NCBI GenBank assembly: GCA_002269645.1
Contig: NIVC01003576.1
Span: 26,212 to 90,211 of the forward strand
Reading direction: 5' to 3'
Source: Macrostomum lignano
Lineage: Eukaryota
DNA length: 64,000 nt
This document shows positions 29,632 through 41,426 of the stretch, in pieces. Both the position numbers and the translations under genes were made by a program. Numbering within the stretch: the stretch's first letter is position 1; each line of letters begins with the position of its first letter. The notes beneath the pieces are model-generated. The model saw nothing but the letters and a program-made list of their open reading frames with translations. It searched no databases and had not been told where the DNA came from.

Positions 29632-29995
29632 TCGATACCGCCCTTCCGTCTCTTCCGCCCCTCTTCCCGTCTCTTCCGCCCCTCCTCCCGTCTCTTCCGC
29701 CCCTCCTCCCGTCTCTTCCGCCCCTCCTCTCGTCTCTTCCGCCCCTCCTCCCGTCTCTTCCGCCCCTCTTCCCGTCTCTTCCGCCCCTCCTCTCGTCTCT
29801 TCCGCCCCTCCTCCCGTCTCTTCCGCCCCCTTCTCCCGTCTCTTCCACCCCTCCTCCCGTCTCTTCCGCCCCCTTCTCCCGTCTCTTCCGCCCCTCATCC
29901 CGTCTCTTCCACCCGTCCTCCCGTCTCTTCCGCCCCTCCTCCCGTCTCTTCCACCCCTCCTCCCATCTCTTCCGCCCCTTTCCCGTTTCTTCCGC
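29632..29995. repeat. 21-bp pyrimidine-rich minisatellite (CCGTCTCTTCCGCCCCTCCTC)n
   Basis: About 17 copies starting ~85 bp after the RPF1 stop codon. Confidence 0.95.
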
Positions 29996-30777
29996 TTTTT
30001 TTTCAGTCTATTCCCCCCTCCTCCCATCTCTCTCTCCCATCCCCTCCTCCCTTCCACTCAATTAAAACAATTAAATCAGCGTTCTCTTGCAATTTGGCCG
30101 AAGCGATTAAGTCTATACGAGTGTTATTTGACTGATAAAATATAATAACTGTTAATATAATATGATGTGCATTTCGTTGGCGCATTTTGTTTAATAAAAA
30201 ATAATTCAACGCCAAGTTGATAGTTATATTAGCAAGTAGCTTCCTAAAAGAAGCGTCGCTTTTCACAGAACGGTGAAGCAGCGGCGAGAAAGGGGGAGAG
30301 AGAGAGCGAGAGCGAGAACATGCTGTTTAAATTTATAGCTACCAGCTGTGCAGTTCGAGAGTGCCGCCAAAATTCCACTTTTCTTAGTCTCTCTTAGCGT
30401 CTTGTTGTACCCTGAAGCCAAAGCTTATTTTGTGTCGGGTATTTGTTTTTGCCTCGGGCAAATTTATCTCGGATGGCTTCGGCCATAGACTATAAAACGG
30501 CGCGGCTGGAATTGCTTCGGCCATAGACGAATATATCTAAACTCATTTGTCATTTCAAGTATTGCCTTAATGGCCCTGGAAGCGACGCTGGGTTGCCCAA
30601 TCCCAAATTTTATACATTGGCTGGACGAGCTTCAGAGCACAGCAGCACGCTCTCACACAATTAGGCTTGACTTCGGTCTTGCTTCAACTGCGGAAGATTG
30701 CTGGATGGTGAATATGTTGGAGTCTAGAATCGGTTGCTAAGGCTGCTTAAAATGTGTTGTTGCTAGGAAGGCTTGCT

Positions 30778-31030
30778 ACTAGAGTCTAGAATCGATAATC
30801 AGTTGCCAAGGACGCCAAGAATGGTAAATCGGTTGCTAGGGACGCACAGAATCGAAAACCGGTTGCTAAGGACGCCTAGAATCGACAATCGGTTTCTAAT
30901 GACACCTAAAACCGGTAATTGGTTTCTAAGATCGCCTAGAATTGATAATCGGTTGCTAAGGACGCGTAGAATCGATAATCGGTTGCTAAGGACGCGTAGA
31001 ATCGATAATCGGTTGCTAAGGACGCGTAGA
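30778..31030. repeat. 30-bp minisatellite (GGTTGCTAAGGACGCGTAGAATCGATAATC)n
   Basis: About 8 copies, more homogeneous at the right end. Confidence 0.92.
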
Positions 31031-31525
31031 ACCGGTCGCCAAGGAGCCTCCAAATGCATTTAAATTGTCCATAATTCTTACTACATAACTTTGCAGGGCC
31101 AATACTGTACATGTGTAGCTCGCATATCTGGAATTTCCTTCCTTCATATAACTGGTGCAACAATCGCTTTATCAATTTCCGTCTTTGCACTTATGAAAGC
31201 AGACGCGCGTGCATCCATGGATGCATTATCTGCACTTTTCCATTATCCATTATCTAATTGAAAGATATTGTTCGCTATAGCTATGGTCGTCAGCCTGAAT
31301 TGGCTGTGGCAATATATTTCCTGCAGCGGGTTCGTCTACGCAAGGCACAGGACCAGCAATAACCAGGAAATGGTGCGGATAGCAGCTGCTGCTTTTGCTT
31401 TTAATGCTTTCCTGTTACCGCGTTGCTGGATGCTGCGGCTCGAGTTTAGGGGGTTGGACCGGGTACGCAGAGGAGAATTATCCCAAAAACGTTAGTTTCA
31501 ATTATTTTTGTCAGAGGCTGGTCTC

Positions 31526-34500
31526 ACATGTAATCAGTATGGTGTGCTAGTGTTTTACATGTAATCAGTATGGTGTGCTAGTGTTCTACATGTAATCAGT
31601 ATGGTGTGCTAGTGTTCTACATGTAATCAGTATGGTGTGCTAGTGTTTTACATGTAATCAGTATGGTGTGCTAGTGTTCTACATGTAATCAGTAATGGTG
31701 TGCTAGTGTTCTACATGTAATCAGTATGGTGTGCTAGTGTTCTACATGTAATCAGTATGGTGTGCTAGTGTTCTACATGTAATCAGTATGGTGTACTAGT
31801 GTTCTACATGTAATCAGTATGGTGTGCTAGTGTTCTACATGTAATCAGTATGGTGTGCTAGTGTTCTACATGTAATCAGTATGGTGTGCTAGTGTTCTAC
31901 ATGTAATCAGTATGGTGTGCTAGTGTTCTACATGTAATCAGTATGGTGTGCTAGTGTTCTACATGTAATCAGTATGGTGTGCTAGTGTTCTACATGTAAT
32001 CAGTATGGTGTGCTAGTGTTCTACATGTAATCAGTATGGTGTGCTAGTGTTCTACATGTAATCAGTATGGTGTGCTAGTGTTCTACATGTAATCAGTATG
32101 GTGTGCTAGTGTTCTACATGTAATCAGTATGGTGTGCTAGTGTTCTACATGTAATCAGTATGGTGTGCTAGTGTTCTACATGTAATCAGTATGGTGTGCT
32201 ATGTGCTAATGTTCTACATGTAATCAGTATGGTGTGCTAGTGTTCTACATGTAATCAGTATGGTGTGCTAGTGTTCTACATGTAATCAGTATGGTGTGCT
32301 AGTGTTTTACATGTAATCAGTATGGTGTGCTAGTGTTCTACATGTAATCAGTAATGGTGTGCTAGTGTTCTACATGCAATCAGTATGGTGTGCTAGTGTT
32401 CTACATGTAATCAGTATGGTGTGCTAGTGTTCTACATGCAATCAGTATGGTGTGCTAGTGTTCTACATGTAATCAGTATGGTGTGCTAGTGTTCTACATG
32501 TAATCAGTATGGTGTGCTAGTGTTCTACATGTAATCAGTATGGTGTGCTAGTGTTCTACATGTAATCAGTATGGTGTGCTAGTGTTCTACATGTAATCAG
32601 TATGGTGTGCTAGTGTTCTACATGTAATCAGTATGGTGTGCTAGTGTTCTACATGTAATCAGTATGGTGTGCTAGTGTTCTACATGTAATCAGTATGGTG
32701 TGCTAGTGTTCTACATGTAATCAGTATGGTGTGCTAGTGTTCTACATGTAATCAGTATGGTGTGCTAGTGTTCTACATGTAATCAGTATGGTGTGCTAGT
32801 GTTCTACATGTAATCAGTATGGTGTGCTAGTGTTCTACATGCAATCAGTATGGTGTGCTAGTGTTCTACATGTAATCAGTATGGTGTGCTAGTGTTCTAC
32901 ATGCAATCAGTATGGTGTGCTAGTGTTCTACATGTAATCAGTATGGTGTGCTAGTGTTCTACATGTAATCAGTATGGTGTGCTAGTGTTCTACATGTAAT
33001 CAGTATGGTGTGCTAGTGTTCTACATGTAATCAGTATGGTGTGCTAGTGTTCTACATGTAATCAGTATGGTGTGCTAGTGTTCTACATGTAATCAGTATG
33101 GTGTGCTAGTGTTCTACATGTAATCAGTATGGTGTACTAGTGTTCTACATGTAATCAGTATGGTGTGCTAGTGTTCTACATGTAATCAGTATGGTGTGCT
33201 AGTGTTCTACATGTAATCAGTATGGTGTGCTAGTGTTCTACATGTAATCAGTATGGTGTGCTAGTGTTCTACATGTAATCAGTATGGTGTGCTATGTGCT
33301 AATGTTCTACATGTAATCAGTATGGTGTGCTAGTGTTCTACATGTAATCAGTATGGTGTGCTAGTGTTCTACATGTAATCAGTATGGTGTGCTAGTGTTT
33401 TACATGTAATCAGTATGGTGTGCTAGTGTTCTACATGTAATCAGTAATGGTGTGCTAGTGTTCTACATGCAATCAGTATGGTGTGCTAGTATTCTACATG
33501 TAATCAGTATGGTGTGCTAGTGTTCTACATGTAATCAGTATGGTGTGCTAGTGTTCTACATGTAATCAGTATGGTGTGCTAGTGTTCTACATGTAATCAG
33601 TATGGTGTGCTAGTGTTCTACATGTAATCAGTATGGTGTGCTAGTGTTCTACATGTAATCAGTATGGTGTGCTAGTGTTCTACATGTAATCAGTATGGTG
33701 TGCTAGTGTTCTACATGCAATCAGTATGGTGTGCTAGTATTCTACATGTAATCAGTATGGTGTGCTAGTGTTCTACATGTAATCAGTATGGTGTGCTAGT
33801 GTTCTACATGTAATCAGTATGGTGTACTAGTGTTCTACATGTAATCAGTATGGTGTGCTAGTGTTCTACATGTAATCAGTATGGTGTACTAGTGTTCTAC
33901 ATGTAATCAGTATGGTGTGCTAGTGTTCTACATGTAATCAGTATGGTGTGCTAGTGTTCTACATGTAATCAGTATGGTGTGCTAGTGTTCTACATGTAAT
34001 CAGTATGGTGTGCTAGTGTTCTACATGTAATCAGTATGGTGTGCTAGTGTTCTACATGTAATCAGTATGGTGTGCTAGTGTTCTACATGTAATCAGTATG
34101 GTGTGCTAGTGTTCTACATGTAATCAGTATGGTGTGCTAGTGTTCTACATGCAATCAGTATGGTGTGCTAGTGTTCTACATGTAATCAGTATGGTGTGCT
34201 AGTGTTCTACATGTAATCAGTATGGTGTGCTAGTGTTCTACATGTAATCAGTATGGTGTGCTAGTGTTCTACATGTAATCAGTATGGTGTGCTAATGTTC
34301 TACATGTAATCAGTATGGTGTGCTAGTGTTCTACATGTAATCAGTAATGGTGTGCTAGTGTTCTACATGTAATCAGTATGGTGTGCTAGTGTTCTACATG
34401 TAATCAGTATGGTGTGCTAGTGTTCTACATGTAATCAGTATGGTGTACTAGTGTTCTACATGTAATCAGTATGGTGTGCTAGTGTTCTACATGTAATCAG

Positions 34501-35708
34501 TATGGTGTGCTAGTGTTCTACATGTAATCAGTATGGTGTGCTAGTGTTCTACATGTAATCAGTATGGTGTGCTAGTGTTCTACATGTAATCAGTATGGTG
34601 TGCTAGTGTTCTACATGTAATCAGTATGGTGTGCTAGTGTTCTACATGTAATCAGTATGGTGTGCTAGTGTTCTACATGTAATCAGTATGGTGTGCTAGT
34701 GTTCTACATGTAATCAGTATGGTGTGCTAGTGTTCTACATGTAATCAGTATGGTGTGCTAGTGTTCTACATGTAATCAGTATGGTGTGCTAGTGTTCTAC
34801 ATGTAATCAGTATGTAATCAGTATGGTGTTCTACATGTAATCAGTATGGTGTGCTAGTATTCTACATGTAATCAGTATGGTGTGCTAGTGTTCTACATGT
34901 AATCAGTATGGTGTGCTAGTGTTCTACATGTAATCAGTATGGTGTGCTAGTGTTCTACATGTAATCAGTATGGTGTGCTAGTGTTCTACATGTAATCAGT
35001 ATGGTGTGCTAGTATTCTACATGTAATCAGTATGGTGTGCTAGTGTTCTACATGTAATCAGTATGGTGTGCTAGTGTTCTACATGTAATCAGTATGGTGT
35101 GCTAGTGTTCTACATGTAATCAGTATGGTGTGCTAGTGTTCTACATGTAATCAGTATGGTGTGCTAGTGTTCTACATGTAATCAGTATGGTGTGCTAGTG
35201 TTCTAGATGCAATCAGTATGGTGTGCTAGTGTTCTACATGTAATCAGTATGGTGTGCTAGTATTCTACATGTAATCAGTATGGTGTGCTAGTGTTCTACA
35301 TGTAATCAGTATGGTGTGCTAGTGTTCTACATGTAATCAGTATGGTGTGCTAGTGTTCTAGATGCAATCAGTATGGTGTGCTAGTATTCTACATGTAATC
35401 AGTATGGTGTGCTATGTGCTAATGTTCTACATGTAATCAGTATGGTGTGCTAGTGTTCTACATGTAATCAGTATGGTGTGCTAGTGTTCTACATGTAATC
35501 AGTATGGTGTGCTAGTGTTCTACATGTAATCAGTATGGTGTGCTAGTGTTCTACATGTAATCAGTATGGTGTGCTAGTGTTCTACATGTAATCAGTATGG
35601 TGTGCTAGTGTTCTACATGTAATCAGTATGGTGTGCTAGTGTTCTACATGTAATCAGTATGGTGTGCTAGTGTTCTACATGTAATCAGTATGGTGTGCTA
35701 GTGTTCTA
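31526..35708. repeat. 31-bp satellite (ACATGTAATCAGTATGGTGTGCTAGTGTTCT)n
   Basis: About 135 highly homogeneous copies over 4.2 kb. Confidence 0.99.
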
Positions 35709-35715
35709 GCACACC

Positions 35716-35931
35716 AATGGGCACAGCTACCTCAATGGGCAGATGTGCAACCGACAGCTCAGCCGCAGCTATTGTGTGGCCCATCTAAAGGCTGCGTACG
35801 GCTGTTCAGTCCGAAGACTGCAGAGTTAATTGTCTTGCTCAAGGACACAAATTGTTCCGAGTTGGTCGGGAATCGAACCCTCGACCTTTCAGTCGTGAAT
35901 CCGACGCTCTAACCACTGGGCTACGGCCCCC
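35716..35931 (-). mobile_element. tRNA-derived SINE (copy 2, central deletion)
   Basis: The reverse complement begins GGGGGCCGTAGCCCAGTGGTTAGAGCGTCGGATTCACGACTGAAAGGTCGAGGGTTCGATTCCCGACC and is colinear with copy 1, except that ~80 bp of the central domain is missing. Confidence 0.85.
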
Positions 35932-35944
35932 TAGTTATGATAAC

Positions 35945-36094
35945 ATAGATGGGGAGAGCAGGGGGACATGTCCCCTCTCCAGTGAAACCTTTGGGGGGGA
36001 CATACCAATGCTTTGTCCCCCCCCCAACCCCACCTTGTAACCCGTTTTGGGAATCAATAATTTTGCTTCAGGTCGACAAAACGTAGCGCCCGTG
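35945..36094. repeat. Dispersed G-rich repeat (related to 16905-17090), ending at the LINE insertion site
   Basis: Colinear similarity with the 17-kb copy up to AGCGCC; the LINE TSD follows within a few bp. Confidence 0.6.
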
Positions 36095-36188
36095 TTCTTT
36101 TATTATTGACTTACTTTGACTTACTTGACTTAGCTGCAGGAGGCTCCGTGCGTCCGGAAACAGCGAGGAGGCGTTTCCGCCCATTTCG

Positions 36189-39100
36189 CTAGCCCCTGGC
36201 GACCACGGGCAGCTGGTGCTGCGGTGTTGCGCAGGGAGTTCCGGTGGCGCCGGTGTCCGCAGCGCGGTCCCCCTCCGGAGAGTTCAGGAGGTGGATTGTC
36301 GCTCGCCCGGTAGCCCTTAGATAGCGGACGAGCTGGCCGAGATTCTCGGGCCTGAAAACGTCGGAGAGGTCCGGGTTTGGGCCGAGGTAGGTGAGCCTGT
36401 CCTGAGTAAAGGCGGGGCATTCACAGATGAAGTGCTCCGCATTCTCGACACCGGAGAGGCAGAATGGGCATTCCTCACTGTGGATTTTCCCCTGGAGGTG
36501 ACGATGCCTGGCAAAGCAGCCATGACCCGAGAGGGCCATGGTCACCGTCCTGATGTCCCTGCGGTTGAGTCCAAACAGGGCCCGGCAGTCGGGGGCGTTA
36601 GCCCACCTCTCCCTGTGCTTAGAAGCCACCCACTGGTTGATCCGAGTGGTGACAACGGCGATGGGGGTGGGGGCCACGGGCAGGGGACCAGTGAAAGAAC
36701 CGGTCGAGCCAGCCTTGGCCAGGCGATCGGACAACTCGTTGCCGGGGTGGCCCGAATGCCCGGGGATCCACCTTAGGGACACCTTGTTAGAGGTGCCTAA
36801 GCGGTTGAGCTGCCCGATACAGTCGAGGACTGTACGCGAGCAGGTGGTGGCGCGCTCAAGGGCGTGAATCGCCGCTTGACTGTCTGAGTGGAGGGTAATC
36901 TCCTTCAGCTCCATGGCGCAGGAGCTGATGGCGAGAATCGAAGACGGTGGAGTAGGTGCCGGTGTGTTGGGAGAAGGTCACCACAGTTCTCCCTCCAGAC
37001 ACGATGCAGTAGCCGACAAGTGCGACACGCGCAATAGCACGACAAGCGCGGCCTTGCACCCTATTTAGTGCCTCAAGAACCCCTTTCACCTCTAGGGCAC
37101 TATTCCAAACTATTCCAAATGAAGCCGGCGAAGGAGATGGCCGGTCTAACAATGACAGTGTAAATCCACCAGAGGCGGACACCCAACCAATCACCCATGA
37201 AAGCATCCAACCCCCGTCGGCGGGGGGTGAGGCCCCAGGTAGCACCGAAAGCTCTGCGGATCTGCGCGAGAGTCGCGAGAGCTTTGCGGGCTTTGGTTTG
37301 GCCGTGCGGGGTCCAACTCAACCTGTGGTCGAGAGTGACGCCCAGACATCTGGTTTGTTTCTCTATGGCAACGGGTTTGCCATAGAGGGAGAGCGGTTCG
37401 ATCCTCCAGTTTCGGCGGCTGGTGAACATGATAGCCACGGTTTTAGACTCAGAGAACCTGAGACCGCAGGTATGTGCCCAGCGCTCGGCACGGTGGATGA
37501 AGGCTTGAAGGAGGTCCCTGAGGACCGCGGGTGATGGTCCAGCCACAGTGGCGGTAACATCGTCCGCATAGCCGACCTTCTGAACTGGGTCCGGATTCGG
37601 GCTGCAAAGCAGCTCGTCCATGACTAAATTCCAGAGGATCGGGCTGAGGACTCCACCTTGCGGTCGCCTTTCTGGACTTCCACGGAGCGTGAGTGTCCCA
37701 GGAGGTGCGAGGTGGCAGTACGATGGGAGACCATGTACATGATCCAGCGAGTGAGGTGCTCGTGCGTGCCCCAGGATTCCAGGGCCCGCTTAAAGGCTTC
37801 AAAGAGTACATTGTTGAAAGCACCATCAATGTCGAGGAAAAGCGATAGCGCGTATCCACTGCCAAGCACGGCGCGCTCCAGCTTGTCGACAATGGCGTGC
37901 AGCGCACTTTCGATGGAGCGTCCAGGACGAAAGGCGTGCTGATTAGGGGAGAGCGGGGAGTTCCTCAGCTCTACGAGAAGGCGCCAAAGCACCAGCCGTT
38001 CCATCAGTTTGGATCTGTCCGCCCGGAGAGTGGTCCGGTGGGCCTAGCTGCTGCGCGGCACGTGGGAAAGAGCTGGTGAGCATGATGTCCAGCGATTCCC
38101 CGGGGTTCTCAGCGAGCCGGCCGTCCGGTGTTTTAATAACTGAGAGCTTTGACATTTTGTCGAAGGTGAGAGCCTTAACCACGCGTGAGGTAGGGCGGGT
38201 GCCTTCTAACTCCGCGCAGTATTGGCGCCACTTGTCGGGTTTGGCTTTCCTGGTTTCACGCTTAAGGTCGCGGATCGCTTCTTGATAGGCGGCCAGGTCA
38301 GCTGGGTCCTTGCTCTTGCGAGCTTTCCGTTGGAGGCACTTTGCCTTGCGCCGGAGGGATCCAAGCGCCGGGTGCCACCAAGGGGCGGATTTTTTGCCTT
38401 TGTAGGCTTTGAGAGGACAGGAAGCCTCATGGGCTGTCAGGACGGTCTTGCTGAGCAATTCTGCAAGGTCATCCACTTCCTGACAGGTGGTTCGAGCGGC
38501 GGTAGACAGCTGATCTGTCTGGCATTTCAGGGTTTCCGTGAAAGCCGTCCAGTCAGTGTTCCGGACGTTCCCTTTCCACAGAATGTGAGGCTTGCGGCAA
38601 GAGGATTGCAATCGAAAGTGAAAGAAGCGATGGTCAGACAGAGACTCCTCTTCGTCCCAAACCTCCCAGTCCTTGACTAAAGGAGTCAAGCCATGGGATT
38701 CGAGGGTAACGTCGAGGGCCTCCGTCCATCGCCCGTTGTCGAAGGTCGGGTTCCACCAATGTTGCAATCCTCAGTGTTGGTGGTGCAGATGTAAGCAAGG
38801 AGTTCCTCGCCTCTGTTATTGGAAGAATTACTGCCCCAGTGGGTGTGACGAGCGTTGACGTCGCCCGCCACCAGCAGTTCGAACCTACGGTCAGAGCAGT
38901 AGTCCACGAGGGAGGTGAGGTTGGGTGGAACCGCGGGGCCGTCGCCAGGGATATAAATCGAGGCGATTATGACCGTGCGGTTGGTGATAATGTGGTTGGA
39001 CTGAATGACACAGAGGTCTCTGTCAGAGAGGTCCGGTCTGTGCCAAGCTTTGAGATGGGTAGACACGAACATGGCTGCTCTGGGGTTTTGAGGGTCCTGA

Positions 39101-39629
39101 AAACAGTCAAAACCAGCAGGAATATTCAGAATCTTACCTTTCTTTGTCCAGGGCTCCTGGAGTAGGATAATGCCCGGTTTCACAAAGTTTGCCACCCGTA
39201 TGGGGAAGGTTGGTCGAGGCCGCGATGCAGTGGTGTGGTTAAGCTGCAGGATGTCCACTCCGGGGATTCCACGAGTGGTCCGCGCAGCTTCCTGCCGGCT
39301 CAAGGCGAGTTGTGCAGGAGAGCCACCTCTTCTGCCTCGCCGATGGCTCCAGGCTCCAGTTCCATGGGCTCCTCCCGGATGGTCTCCATCGTTGAGGGTG
39401 GGGCCACCACAAGGGCGGCATTCTCGCTCTCGGCCCGGTTTTCCGGGGGGGGGGGCGCAGTGGTGACACTGGGCTGGGGGTGGCTGCGGTTGGGGGCCTT
39501 GGCGGTGTCCAGCAGCTGCTTCGCGCGCTGAGTCAAACCAGAGCGGATAGTGTTCCGGGCGGGTTTCCGGCCCTTTCCACGTCCGCCTGTTGCTACAGCT
39601 TTCGCGGCTTTCCCTATGACAGGGTCCAC
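36189..39629 (-). pseudogene. LINE ORF2 (APE endonuclease, reverse transcriptase, RNase H, CCHC), broken
   Basis: Motifs are spread over at least six ORF fragments (38686-39858, 37943-38767, 37624-38004, 37100-37621, 36856-37245, 36189-36914). The RT N-terminal subdomains (PGPDG/RPISL region) and the first RNase H motif (TDGS) are absent. Probable start is MDPVIG at 39629. Confidence 0.85.
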
Positions 39630-39703
39630 GTCCTCGGAGGGGTCGTGACGGCCGGGAGCTTCTTTTCCTGCGTTTCCGCCCGGCAGAGCCCCCGCTCGCT
39701 CGC

Positions 39704-40772
39704 TTACGCTTCTCCGGGGGCGGTGGGCGGGTCAGACTCGAAGCTAAAGAGCTGAATCTGCAGACAGAGATCGAAGCTAAAGAGCTGAATCTGCACCAGC
39801 CCGACAGAGATGAGGGACATGTCCGGGTAGCGGAGCATCCAGCTATCCGACAGTCCAAGAATAGCCCTGAAACCGTCTCCGCCCGGCTTGGAGATGGTCT
39901 CGTGAACTACGACACTGTTTGCCGGTAGCTCCGGGTTGGAAGCCATTAGCAGGTGACGCAGCTCGTCGGCCTTGGTGATGCAGCTGCGAGCCGGAATCCA
40001 GGCACGGTGCCGGTGTGTCCGGGGTCGCTCGTCCTCCCTGTAGATGAACAGGTTCTCCAGCTCCGTGCCCCAGTCGAAGATTTTCAGCAGCTCGAGGAGC
40101 TGCTGTCCTGACTGGCTGTCGGCGGGCTGGATATGAAGGGCTTGGTCCTCGACTTTCGTCTTTTGGACTGGAATAGCGGTAGCGCTCAAGGCCATCTTGA
40201 CCAGGTGGGAGTCCAACCTGCGCCAGATAAGGTCGAGCTGTTCGGCCGTAAGAGGCGTCTCCTGGCCTTGGATAACCAGGGCCGGCTGCATCTTGGCCAT
40301 AGCCGCGTTCGGCTTGGTGGTTTGGCCAGCGCCCCCCGCTTTGGATCCCTCCGCGGCCGTGGGAGTTTCCACACGGGCAGAGGTCCCGCCACGGGAGGGG
40401 CCAGCCGCACCAGGAGCTTTGGCGGCACCTGATGCATCTGACCGGCGCGCGGGGTCCACCCCCTTGTCGGATGTCGGCTTCTCCGCGGGGTTCGCAGAGT
40501 TACCGGCACCCTCCTCGGAGGTGGGCGGAGGGGCGGCTTTCGCATTCCTCCGTTCCTCCGCTTTTCGCTGGAGAAATGCTACGGGCCTTCTTTTTCGAAA
40601 TCTGAGGTCCGCTGTCTTGTCCAGCCACTCCGGTATTATCCTGAGCGGCGGCAGCGGCAGACTGAGAGGCACCGGAGGTTCCGGTGTTGCGAATGTCCGG
40701 CTGGGCCGCGGTGCCAACCTCGGTTGGTGCTCCAGCAGCCTCGGACGTGTTGGATGTAAATGAATACTCCAT
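39704..40772 (-). pseudogene. LINE ORF1 with a DUF4780-like domain (typical of LOA-clade ORF1)
   Basis: Low-complexity A/P/G N-terminus, then LTAEQLDLIW...RAWIP...LLMASNPEL...AILGLS...ISVGLVQI, recognised by eye as DUF4780-like. Frameshift near the start (ATG 40772 vs ORF 39704-40717); in-frame 33-bp duplication near the C-terminus (39738-39795). Confidence 0.7.
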
Positions 40773-41179
40773 GAGTCGCTGAAAGGCGAGTGGGGACTAG
40801 AGGTGAGAAGCCGCTGGGCCGTAACCCCAAACCCAACAGCCAGGCCAAGAGGTAGCGACCGGGGTGGCTTAAGCCCGTACCGGCCCGACCGCTAGCAACC
40901 GAGAAACTCCCCGGCTAAGAGCCCGGCTTGGAGAAACCAGAGGCCGAACCAAAGGCCGAACCAAAGTACCATCAGCACGGTACTACACTGGGCCCTTGAG
41001 GGAAGCAGGAGGACTGCCTCTGGAGCCTGCGGACTGGCCGCATACCCTGTTAAGGTCAGAGGGTGGTACCTGTTCCTCAGAGCCGTGGCCAGAGGTACCT
41101 GATACGCACAGGTTCACTTCCGGGCGGAGCCCGTACTTAAATTGGCCAATAGGCCACGGATGGGTTGCCGCCGCCGGAG

Positions 41180-41384
41180 CCCAGTCAGTCCAGCAGCCCT
41201 AGAGCTGTCTTGAACACATGCCGGGCGTGAACCCCTGGGTCGGCTTGCGAGTCAGCTTGGAGAGAGTTCTCCTGCCATTCCTGCACCAGAATAGAGGGGG
41301 TGCACGTGTGTAGGATCGCAGACCTTAGCTCGTAGGCCTGGTCTGTCTCATGCTACACAGGCGTGCTGACCCCGCCTTGCATGC
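41180..41384 (-). ncRNA. HDV-like self-cleaving ribozyme at the 5' end of the LINE
   Basis: Hand fold of the minus strand: P1 GCATGC (41384-41379)/GCATGT (41221-41216) with a G1-U wobble; P2 CCCAG/CTGGG; P3 GGG/CCC; L3 TTCACG(C); GT after P1; P4 TCAAGACAGC/GCTGCTGGA; J4/2 CTGA (catalytic C = 41188). G1 is the base abutting the TSD. Confidence 0.75.
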
Positions 41385-41426
41385 TTCTTTTAGTATTTAT
41401 AGTATTAGTACTTTTAGTATTAATAT

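Larger units (their letters stand above)
36103..41384 (-). mobile_element. Non-LTR retrotransposon, LOA-like (ORF1 + APE-RT-RNase H-CCHC); 5' end intact but frameshifted and internally deleted
   Basis: 8-bp TSD TTCTTTTA at 36095-36102 and 41385-41392. The 3' tail consists of TAAGTCAA(A)G repeats (36103-36131). APE motifs: ILQLN, LLQEPW, AGDVNARHTHWGS, SLSDHR. RT motifs: QHAFRPGRS, LFLDIDGAFNNV, GGVLSPILWNLV, YADD. RNase H motifs: [24 protein letters not shown]-terminal knuckle: CPFC...[10 protein letters not shown]. Confidence 0.93.

Noticed and set aside
31526-35708. CRISPR-like appearance of the 31-bp repeat (also the 23-, 30-, 41- and 62-bp arrays)
   Set aside because: Monomers are head-to-tail with no unique spacers, there are no cas genes, and the context is eukaryotic.
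35860-35931. Functional tRNA gene (and the similar head at 28329-28400)
   Set aside because: A and B boxes are present but the acceptor and anticodon stems do not pair properly; both heads continue into a shared SINE body.
41250-41375. Alternative HDV P1 (GGTCAGC/GCTGACT) and hammerhead search in the LINE 5' UTR
   Set aside because: That helix lacks a correctly placed P3/L3 and fits better as part of the J1/2 insert. I found no CTGANGA...GAAA hammerhead core here, in the SINEs or in the 335-bp duplicate.
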